A DNA stretch of 26,796 nucleotides, taken from a virus. Lineage: Duplodnaviria; Caudoviricetes. The translations under genes were made by a program, and so were the position numbers. The notes beneath the pieces are model-generated. The model saw only the letters and a program-made list of their open reading frames with translations. It did not search any database and was not told the DNA's origin. How positions within the stretch are numbered: position 1 is the stretch's first letter; every line of letters begins with the position of its first letter. The stretch covers positions 1 to 26,796 of IMG/VR virus record IMGVR_UViG_3300023180_000330, one strand, 5' to 3'. Below are positions 10,401-17,322 of the stretch, piece by piece.

Positions 10401-13400
10401 ACTCAGTGATGAAAATACAACAGGTGTTATTGAAAGATGGGATAATAATAATGGATATTTGAAGATTAGAGCTAACAGAGACTTTACAAAGGGACATATT
10501 GTTGAGGGACAATCTTCTAGAACTAGAGGAACTATTTCATCAATTATTAAATCTGATTCAAGTTATGATATTGATGCTACTTCTAGAGTTGAATCTGGAT
10601 GGGAAGATATCACTGGATTCTTAAATGATACTAGACAGGTTATCCAAGATAGTGATTATTATCAAAAGTTCTCTTATTCTCTCAGATCTAAAGTTGATTT
10701 AGAAACTTGGGATGATCTTGTTGGATCACTGAATCATACATCTGGATTCAAGAGATTTTCTGATCTTATTATTGAAAATTCTCCAGAAGTTAGTCCAATA
10801 GTTGGATTAGGAACAACTCAATCTTACTTTAGTAATACTATTGATTTTATTGGATATCCTGATGTAAATTGTATAACCAATTTTGACCTTGTAACTGAAA
10901 ATAATAAGTCCGATTTCTCTGATATAATAAACTTTAAAAACAAAATTTTGACAGATTATGAAGAATCTGTAGGAAACAGAGTTCTGAATGTTGATGATGT
11001 ATCAGGTCAATTTAATAGTAGACCAAGAGCAACTAGATTTAGTGAGGTTGCTCGTTGGCCAATTGCCGATTCACATGCTCATAAATTTATAACTTATATT
11101 CAAGATTCAGACAATACTGCGGAAGCTCAGATTCAAATTGTCAGCGTTCTTCATGACAAACTTGGTGCTGGATACTTGAATCAATATGCTATAACAAACA
11201 CAGAAATCGAGTTGGGATCTTTTGATTATTCTCTTGATGGGACGGATGGTGTTCTACAATTCTACCCAAACAATTATCAGTTCAATCCATATAATATATT
11301 CACTCTTTCGTATAATATTGGTGATGTTGTTACTAGTATTGGAACCGCCCATTATGGTGGGGCAGTTAAGATAACGACCACAAGCGAATCAGTTCCTGTT
11401 AGCACAACTACAAATATTGTAAGTATCGCAAGTACATATCAAGCAGCTAAAATTCTTGTTCAAGTAAAAACTGTTGACAATGATTATGAATATGATGAAA
11501 TAAATCTCATCCACGATGGCACTACTGTAGATTTGGTTGAATACGGCGAACTGTCAACTATTAATCTTGGTGCTTGGTCTGGAGGATATGCTGGATTTGG
11601 CACATATAATGCATATATTGATGGGTCCAATATTAAAGTAGATTTTACACCAAATGTATCAGTAGCATCTTCTATCAATACAGTAGTTGTTGCGATCTCA
11701 AGTGAGGGAGTTGGTGTCGGATCTTTCGGATTAACTCATGCAGAAATAGGCGCTTTACCAACTTCTATTGCATCTAGTGGTTCTCCAACCGAAAATGCAA
11801 TCGCAGAATTTGATAATGGGACATACAATGGAGCATATTTTATTGTTCAAATATCTGACCCAGATAATAATCAGCATCAACTGAGTGAATTGCTTCTAGT
11901 TGATAAGGGCCCTGACTTTGAAGATACTTTCCTAAGCGAATATGGAGTAATAACTAGCGATGGAGTTTCTTCAGCAGGTCTTGGTACTTTTGGCGCAACT
12001 GTTAGTGGTGATGTTGTCAGATTAACATTTACACCAAATTCAGGAATCAATGCAGAAGTAAAAACCTTCTACAACTATATGAAGTATAATGCTGATAGTT
12101 CTGCTGATGTAGATATTGATTTTACTAATGCTTATATTGATACTCAGTATGGCACATATTCAGGAACTCATGTAGATATTAGAAGAGCATTTAGACTCCA
12201 ATACGGTGGTTATGATGTTTTTGAAAGATACATTGATTCCACTGACGAAAGTGTTATTGGTTCTAGTGCAGAAATTGTGGTTCAAGATGCAATTACAATA
12301 CCAAATCATTTCTTTGTAACAGGAGAAAAATTAACTTATTCTACTCCAGGTGCAGGAACAACAGAAAATATTGGTATTGGATTGACAAATATTTCTGGAA
12401 TTGGTAACACTGACAAACTTCCAGAAGATGTATACGTAATTAAGATTGATTCCAATAAGATTAGACTTACAGATACTGCAGAAAAAGCACTGTCACCTAT
12501 ACCAACCGATTATTTTAACATCACTACAGTCGGTATTGGAACTTCGCATACATTTACCGCAAATGACCAAAATACTAAGTGTCTAATTGCTATTGATAAT
12601 TATATTCAGTCACCAGTTGTTGCAACTGCACTTACTTCTTCTTTAAGTGATCAATTATTCTCAAGTCAAAGTTTTATGTATATGAGTGGAATTGGGTCCA
12701 TTTCTGGTGGTGACTTGATTCAGATTGGTGATGAAATTATGAAAGTAGAATCAGTTGGCGTTGGTTCTACAAATATCGTAAGAGTTCAAAGAGCATGGCT
12801 TGGAACAAGAAGAGCAGGTTATTCTACTGGGGCACTTGTAACTAAAGTTCAGGGAAATTACAACATTGTAAATAATACTCTCAATTTTGTCGAAGCTCCT
12901 TATGGAAACCTTCCTATTTTTGATGTCAATTTTGTTAGACCATCAGAGAGAGATTGGACTGGAATTGAAACCAGTTCAACATTCCAAGGAAGAGTGTTCT
13001 TGAGATCTGGAACCCCAGGATCAACCATCAGAACATATGGCAGAAATTATCTCTTTGATGACATTTCTGACCAGTTTAATGGTTCCAACGACACATTCGC
13101 GTTAAAGTCTAGTGGTTCTGATACTACTGGATATGAAGATGATAACGCTATTATCCTGATTAACGATATTATTCAAATTCCAGGTTTAAATCAAAACTTC
13201 ACTCTTGCAGAACAGGCAGGTATTACATCTGCAATCTTTATCAATGATGGACAGACTATCACCAATGATGTAAATTCTTCTAATCTTCCTATTGGTGGCG
13301 TTATCGTTTCTGTTGGTTCTTCTAGTGGATTTGGTTATCAACCCCTCGTCTCTGCTGGTGGCACATCAACAGTATCTGTTGCTGGAACTATCTCTGCCAT

Positions 13401-15702
13401 CACTATCGGAAGTACAGGTTCTGGATATAGAGCATCTACACAATATGATGTTCTTACCAGTGTTGCAACAACAGTTTCTGCTAGCAGCACGACAATCACT
13501 CTTAATAATGAAAATAGTGTATTTAAGTTCCTTGAATTTAATGCGGGGGCTGCATCCTCAATTGGTGTTGGAACTTTCTTCAGCAGACCAACTGCAATCA
13601 CTGGTTTTGGAACAACTTCGGTAACTATCGGTATTAGTAGCGTATCTTCTCTTGATATCCCAGCAGGCACTTCTGTCATCGTCAGAGTTTTCAATCCATC
13701 AGTAGGTATTGTTCGCGTTGGTGTTGCAAGCAGTTCTGTTGGCATTCAAACAGTAACTCATATTGGTGTTGCTACCATTAGTGCTGGACACCTTCTTGAG
13801 ACAGTACATATAACAAGTCCTGGTGAGGGATATACTTCCACAAATCCACCAGAAGTGATTATTGAAGACCCACTTTCTTATGAAAATATTCCTCTTGTCT
13901 ATCAAACTGATGGTCTTGCTGAACCTTCGACTGGAGTTGGTTCTCAGGCTAAAATTAATGTTAATGTTGGATTTGGTTCCGATATTGTTGACTTTGAAAT
14001 TTCTAACACCGGATTTGGATATGGAGCAGGTCAATTCTTAACTCTTCCCACGGGTGGCCCTACAGGAATTCCAACAAATCCAACTCTTGGCGGCGAGTTT
14101 GAAAGATTTACTATCAATATTGAAAAGATTTATTCGGATAAGTTTGCTGGATGGTCTATTGGCCAACTTCAAACAATGGATAGTTTTGATGATGAATTTG
14201 ATGGACAAAAAACTGATTTCCAACTCAAAATTGGTGGAAACATTACCTCCATTATGGCATCTAAGGGTTCAAGTATTGTTATACAAGATGTTTTAATTGT
14301 CCTCGTCAATAATATTCTTCAAGTGCCAGGTGAAGGTTATATCTTTAATGGAGGAAGTACAATTGTATTCCCAGAACCACTAAAACCCGGTGATACCGTG
14401 GATATTCTTTTCTACAGAGGAAATGGAGATGTTGATGTTAGGACCGTTGATATTCTTGAGACTGTCAAAGAAGGTGATACCTTAGATATTGATTATGATT
14501 CGGCAAGAGGTCAATCATCTTACTTTGATGAGGATAGAAGACTTGTTTATAGTATTGATTCTACTGAACAAGTAACTACAAATGCATACTATGGCCCTGG
14601 TCTTGCAAATAATATTACCATGGAAAGACCAGTTACTTGGTGCAAGCAAACAGAAGACAAGATTATTAACGGAGAAAGAGTAGGTAAGGACAGACCTCAA
14701 TATAAAGCAAATATTTTCCCAACAACTAATGTAATTCAGACTGTTGGAGTTGGTTCAACAAATATCTATGTTGAGAATGTTCAAGTTCTATTCAATCAAG
14801 ATAATGAAAGTGAAACATCACTTTCATTCCAGAAGGATGTTCTACTGGTTTCACAAGATACGAGAGTAGGAGCATCTGCCACTGCCATTGTTGGGTCCGC
14901 AGGAACAATCACATCAATTTCAATCTCTGATGGTGGTGTTGGATACACTACATCACCCACTGTTGTTATTGGAAATCCTGTTGGACTTGGTTCTGATCAA
15001 AGACAAACTGCAACTGCATCTATCACTGCTGGAGTCGTAACTTCAATTACTCTAGGTGCTGCTAAGACTGGTTATTCGCAGTCAAACCCACCAGTTGTTC
15101 TTATTGAATCGCCAGTAGCTATTACAGAAAGACTTAATGCAGGAATTACTTATAGTGGAGATTTTGGAACTATTGTTGGAGTAGCAACTACTAGCATTGT
15201 TGGTGTTGCATCTACTGGATTGATTCTGAGTCTGTTTATTCCTACTGATTCTGCACTAAGAAATGATACTCTGGTAGGAACAGCAATTACTGTTAGTGGT
15301 CTTGCTGTTGGCGATTTCTTTGTAGTCAGAAACTCTAATATCGGATTTGGCGTCACTTCGCTCAAATATGGAAACTCAGTTGCAGTTGGCGTAGGAACTA
15401 CTTGTATTGATAATGTTTATGAGGTTGTTGGTTCAGCAACCACCCAAAAAACTCTTCCTGGATATGGTTCTACTATGGTTAATGATATCACTATTAGTGT
15501 TCTAAGTTACAATGGTTATGACTTTACTGATGTTGGAGTAAATACTTATTTTGGAGATTATAGTTTTGGTAAAATTAACACCACGGCGAGAACTTCATTA
15601 TCTAACTTCAACTCCTATAATGAAAATGGTGTAACTGGAATTTCAACTTCTGCTGTGATCAGAAGATTTGTACCACTGAAGATATCCAACTATAATGTGT
15701 GA
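4498..15702 (+). CDS. gp7: Giant baseplate wedge initiator (gp7-like), C-terminal part; modular virion structural protein, 3734 aa
   Basis: Between the gp7 N-terminal ORF and gp8. Contains a YHYH-like segment (HSPIIGWAYDGNPIYGPFG...LDENNGRFCITPEFPKGTYAYFAT), the motif IQDSDYYQKFSYSLRS...LNHTSGFKRFSDL recognised from cyanophage gp7-like proteins, and many Gly/Ser/Thr-rich beta repeats. Confidence 0.8.
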   Translation: MSQQLNNRYYEKGDTIRVKTLGLTANDAASNTWILNAATTYKVEKLEKINLVNFRYKLTLNNEHIFRIGDTLRITGSNYSSTSKVYSVNSANQITIGDQGNLDSIPIDSLVIRRNIVKGDSANYDISHIAANVQNVYKKGTSTLVASSSIPNSSGEDLSIRKNKLTFSGTFPSTGTASTDTFKIVSSGDHGFYTGDLVYYSPQTITTTNTDIDGNTITTSTVQTGIAEEGVYFVKRLADSTSIKLAKSRSQLYNGEYISTKPISVTDNTIELYIHKNKTLSNQKLFREIPGQNNVLSETVTEPGTKNGILLNGVEVLNYKSLDGIDYGKIESIIVDASGSGYDVVTPPNVVISDATGVGATANAVVSGSFVRIDLLDGGFDYIEDPIVEISGGNGKNASASANTTLIEHKADFNSSEVDGLVTIASTSAIGFSTYHKFRNYERVIYQSNGQDGIAGLTTGGFYYVNVQSLTNVKLHKTKDDAISGINTVVFTGYGSGRHTLLATDLKKVVASIDVVNPGTEYQNKKTTVVGLSTALNEITIESHGYSSGEKIKYSTDSSAIGGLVDETEYYVTVIDKNIIKLSSVGPNSDRDLYYRTKQYVNITSLFADADNGTHHFNYPEISVSVIGKVGISSIGSETFKARVSPIVRGGITAINLASKGVGYGSSEILNHYREPDVLLQVGSDVQLTPVIANGKVIQVIVNNGGKNINARPKLTVNSESGQGCVITPVISGGQITSVTVIRGGTGYSQSDTIIDIEYPGSQAVFRTELQRWVVNQFAKEFSNISSDDSFITLGLNEKNGLQCTNLYAPRNLRKILYQNNQDGTVIYNSPDLVLDNGAEKITSRNHSPIIGWAYDGNPIYGPFGYLKKNGGTISQMKTGYKLKLQPNRPPVSVFPEGFFVEDYEYVNSASDAVLDENNGRFCITPEFPKGTYAYFATLSENPESQGVFTNYKVPEFPYLIGNALQSKPADLSYLKSSNHDDYDVEANNWLRNTKYYNLEETETSYDYVESPFRLNSNQLSKVTFATPGTIDNVGIITGGTNYKVGDSLIFNNTDTSGYNADVRVSKVGGKSVSSISCATTSINSIEVVPTGKTGEYSFSASSPHELLNKELVSIAGLSTAAVKLSGKYNIGVTTSTLVLREGVGNTVSTGIVTYFNVYGVGIDNIVENDIFKIGDEKVKVLNIDKVSSRIRVLREVLGTSGAAHTATTIFYEEPRRFTARVGFNTSFDFKLNKELYFDPQNTLALGMSAGVGIGTTITFVNPGSGATNIFLPTQTLYLPGHGLKTGDELVYKLNNQDESIGVSTAGVSTFALADQQKLFVAKINEDQIGVSTVIVGLNSTGTFAGIGSTNANQGLLYFTGYGQGSNHSFVTNYPNVVSVSAFKNIVTVSTADTHGLTFSDNVYVDVRPSTTTSFAVSYNDYNNRIVIDRKEISASEINVETNEITIENHEYQLGQSVIYTASTPAGGLIDEKIYYVVIVDKDKIKLSESYHDSISSVPTIVDITSATDSEISPINPPVKVYKESTVEFDLSDSSLTFSRNSVSYPAFKFVLYADSNFDTEYDKVADTEDFEVLTTGTVGVDGKVTLTASNKLPKILYYKLIPISNDLLPREKSLIVCDPEVVGYNQLQVLNSDYSGKHSVSIESSTSFKYFLEEVPERTSYTSSTAIINYSTDSATGIGSIAELKTFNKGTNYYKLPSIDGVVSGIGSNAVFEIESNTIGAINKTKLRDIGFDYPSDKTLRPSAKLPEIIKIDSFGVLDTVGVTSYGYGYGSVEPKIILLDGETGEQKTEVDLRLKFGSNQLEIVNNTYGISRTNPTFLPIKNTNGMGIGSMSYDSGTKNVTITLASGITTVGAFPFAIGDEIMIENTSVGIASTNSQGIVEIVNTGKGYNSENYNYKLFVVSDVNENIGGIGIVTFSLDGYLSTGESPGTFSSSRSAGRIIPKKHFPTFDVTLTTTDFIVGENIISLSDENTTGVIERWDNNNGYLKIRANRDFTKGHIVEGQSSRTRGTISSIIKSDSSYDIDATSRVESGWEDITGFLNDTRQVIQDSDYYQKFSYSLRSKVDLETWDDLVGSLNHTSGFKRFSDLIIENSPEVSPIVGLGTTQSYFSNTIDFIGYPDVNCITNFDLVTENNKSDFSDIINFKNKILTDYEESVGNRVLNVDDVSGQFNSRPRATRFSEVARWPIADSHAHKFITYIQDSDNTAEAQIQIVSVLHDKLGAGYLNQYAITNTEIELGSFDYSLDGTDGVLQFYPNNYQFNPYNIFTLSYNIGDVVTSIGTAHYGGAVKITTTSESVPVSTTTNIVSIASTYQAAKILVQVKTVDNDYEYDEINLIHDGTTVDLVEYGELSTINLGAWSGGYAGFGTYNAYIDGSNIKVDFTPNVSVASSINTVVVAISSEGVGVGSFGLTHAEIGALPTSIASSGSPTENAIAEFDNGTYNGAYFIVQISDPDNNQHQLSELLLVDKGPDFEDTFLSEYGVITSDGVSSAGLGTFGATVSGDVVRLTFTPNSGINAEVKTFYNYMKYNADSSADVDIDFTNAYIDTQYGTYSGTHVDIRRAFRLQYGGYDVFERYIDSTDESVIGSSAEIVVQDAITIPNHFFVTGEKLTYSTPGAGTTENIGIGLTNISGIGNTDKLPEDVYVIKIDSNKIRLTDTAEKALSPIPTDYFNITTVGIGTSHTFTANDQNTKCLIAIDNYIQSPVVATALTSSLSDQLFSSQSFMYMSGIGSISGGDLIQIGDEIMKVESVGVGSTNIVRVQRAWLGTRRAGYSTGALVTKVQGNYNIVNNTLNFVEAPYGNLPIFDVNFVRPSERDWTGIETSSTFQGRVFLRSGTPGSTIRTYGRNYLFDDISDQFNGSNDTFALKSSGSDTTGYEDDNAIILINDIIQIPGLNQNFTLAEQAGITSAIFINDGQTITNDVNSSNLPIGGVIVSVGSSSGFGYQPLVSAGGTSTVSVAGTISAITIGSTGSGYRASTQYDVLTSVATTVSASSTTITLNNENSVFKFLEFNAGAASSIGVGTFFSRPTAITGFGTTSVTIGISSVSSLDIPAGTSVIVRVFNPSVGIVRVGVASSSVGIQTVTHIGVATISAGHLLETVHITSPGEGYTSTNPPEVIIEDPLSYENIPLVYQTDGLAEPSTGVGSQAKINVNVGFGSDIVDFEISNTGFGYGAGQFLTLPTGGPTGIPTNPTLGGEFERFTINIEKIYSDKFAGWSIGQLQTMDSFDDEFDGQKTDFQLKIGGNITSIMASKGSSIVIQDVLIVLVNNILQVPGEGYIFNGGSTIVFPEPLKPGDTVDILFYRGNGDVDVRTVDILETVKEGDTLDIDYDSARGQSSYFDEDRRLVYSIDSTEQVTTNAYYGPGLANNITMERPVTWCKQTEDKIINGERVGKDRPQYKANIFPTTNVIQTVGVGSTNIYVENVQVLFNQDNESETSLSFQKDVLLVSQDTRVGASATAIVGSAGTITSISISDGGVGYTTSPTVVIGNPVGLGSDQRQTATASITAGVVTSITLGAAKTGYSQSNPPVVLIESPVAITERLNAGITYSGDFGTIVGVATTSIVGVASTGLILSLFIPTDSALRNDTLVGTAITVSGLAVGDFFVVRNSNIGFGVTSLKYGNSVAVGVGTTCIDNVYEVVGSATTQKTLPGYGSTMVNDITISVLSYNGYDFTDVGVNTYFGDYSFGKINTTARTSLSNFNSYNENGVTGISTSAVIRRFVPLKISNYNV

Positions 15703-15703
15703 C

Positions 15704-15722
15704 AACTAAATAAAATTTAGTT
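15704..15722. repeat. Short perfect inverted repeat (8-bp arms, 3-nt spacer) containing a late-promoter-like CTAAATA
   Basis: AACTAAAT (15704-15711), AAA, ATTTAGTT (15715-15722), starting 2 nt after the end of the TGA of the giant ORF. Confidence 0.6.
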
Positions 15723-15733
15723 ATTAAACCTCT

Positions 15734-15741
15734 AATAAATA
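15734..15741 (+). promoter_or_regulatory. T4-type late promoter upstream of gp8
   Basis: AATAAATA (7/8 match to TATAAATA) followed by AGTAAAAA, 18 nt before the gp8 ATG at 15760. Confidence 0.75.
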
Positions 15742-15759
15742 AGTAAAAACCCCAGCAAA

Positions 15760-17316
15760 ATGGCCGCAATAATTACTGATCAAATTAGAATATTGAATGC
15801 AAGAAATTTTCTTGACGGCATTACTACTTCCGGTAGTTCTTATTATTCTTTTATTGGACTGCCAAATGCTACTGATATTCAGTCAGATTGGGATAACAAC
15901 CCACCATCTCCCGTAGATAATTTCGATAATGAGAATGAAATCTGGGAGACCATGATTGGATTGAAAAAAATTACGAGTAGTGATGTAAGGTTAGTAGTTC
16001 CAAAAATTGAGTGGAGGTCTGGTAATACATTTGATATGTATCGCCATGATTATAATACTTCAAACACTGCGAAAGTATCTGGAGCTACTAATCTTTATGG
16101 GGCATCATTTTATGTAATGAACAGTGAATATAGAGTTTATATCTGCCTCCAGAACGGAACAACTCCAGAGACTCCAAATGGAGCACCATCTCTTGATGAA
16201 CCAACATTCGTAGACTTAGAACCAAGAGCTGCTGGTTCTAGTGGCGATGGGTATATCTGGAAGTATTTGTATACTATTGCACCAGCAGACATTGTTAAGT
16301 TTGATTCCACAAACTATATTCCCGTTCCATCCAACTGGGAAGATTCAACAACAAATGCATCCGTTCGTGATAATGCTGTAGATGGATCGATCAAAACCGT
16401 ACTTATCTCTGGTAGAGGTGTATCGTTAGGTACCGCAAACGCTGTTTATACTAATGTTCCAATTAAAGGAAATGGAACAGGAGCAGAGTGTACAATTACA
16501 ATGAATGCTGACTCCCAAGTCTCATCTGTTGTAGTCTCATCCCAAGGTTCGGGATATACTTATGGTAATGTAGATTTGGTTGCTGGTGGAGTTCCAACTG
16601 GAACTACAAGGCCAACATTCGATGTCATTATTTCTCCACAGGGTGGTCATGGAGCAGACATTTATAAAGAATTGGGAGCAAAAAATGTTCTCATGTATTC
16701 TAGATTTGAGAATGACATTCAAAATCCCGACTTTATCACAGGAAATCAAATTGCAAGAGTTGGTATCGTAGAGAAACCAAGCACTTTTGGGACAAATACT
16801 CCTCTTACTGTAGATAAAGCAAGTGCTGTAACTGCTCTTAAATTGACTGGAATTGGATATAGTTCTGCTAGTTATGATGCGGATTCATTTATAACTCAAA
16901 CAGTTGCAACTGGAACTACTGCTGTTGCTAAAGTTGTAAGTTATGATCAATCTACTGGCGTTTTAAAAGTATGGCAAGATAGGTCACAATCTGGTTTCAA
17001 TACTGTTGGTGCTGCAATTACAAATCCGCAGTATGGATTTGATCAAGTTGATTTTACTTCATCACCGACTGGAGAAGGTTCTCTGAAAATTATTGGGGGA
17101 ACTGTCGCAGAAGGGTTATCCATTGATAATACTTTTACGGGTTTATCAACCGTAATAAATAATAGAACATTCTACCTTGGTCAATCATTTACTAATGGAA
17201 TTGCAAACCCTGAGGTTGCAAAATACTCTGGAAACATCATTTATGTTGACAATAGACCATCCGTGACAAGATCAACCAATCAAAAAGAAGACATCAAGGT
17301 TATATTACAATTCTAA
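15760..17316 (+). CDS. gp8: Baseplate wedge subunit gp8
   Basis: 518 aa. MAAIITDQIRILNARNF start, FYVMNSEYRVYICLQNG, GDGYIWKYLYTI, IISPQGGHGADIYKELGA and the terminal SGNIIYVDNRPSVTRSTNQKEDIKVILQF match T4 gp8-family cyanophage proteins. Confidence 0.92.
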   Translation: MAAIITDQIRILNARNFLDGITTSGSSYYSFIGLPNATDIQSDWDNNPPSPVDNFDNENEIWETMIGLKKITSSDVRLVVPKIEWRSGNTFDMYRHDYNTSNTAKVSGATNLYGASFYVMNSEYRVYICLQNGTTPETPNGAPSLDEPTFVDLEPRAAGSSGDGYIWKYLYTIAPADIVKFDSTNYIPVPSNWEDSTTNASVRDNAVDGSIKTVLISGRGVSLGTANAVYTNVPIKGNGTGAECTITMNADSQVSSVVVSSQGSGYTYGNVDLVAGGVPTGTTRPTFDVIISPQGGHGADIYKELGAKNVLMYSRFENDIQNPDFITGNQIARVGIVEKPSTFGTNTPLTVDKASAVTALKLTGIGYSSASYDADSFITQTVATGTTAVAKVVSYDQSTGVLKVWQDRSQSGFNTVGAAITNPQYGFDQVDFTSSPTGEGSLKIIGGTVAEGLSIDNTFTGLSTVINNRTFYLGQSFTNGIANPEVAKYSGNIIYVDNRPSVTRSTNQKEDIKVILQF

Positions 17317-17322
17317 GGAATT

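Noticed and set aside
4931-15365. Short alternative-frame and antisense ORFs within the giant ORF
   Set aside because: Shadow ORFs expected from biased codon usage of a long Gly/Ser/Thr/Val-rich gene; no recognisable motifs.
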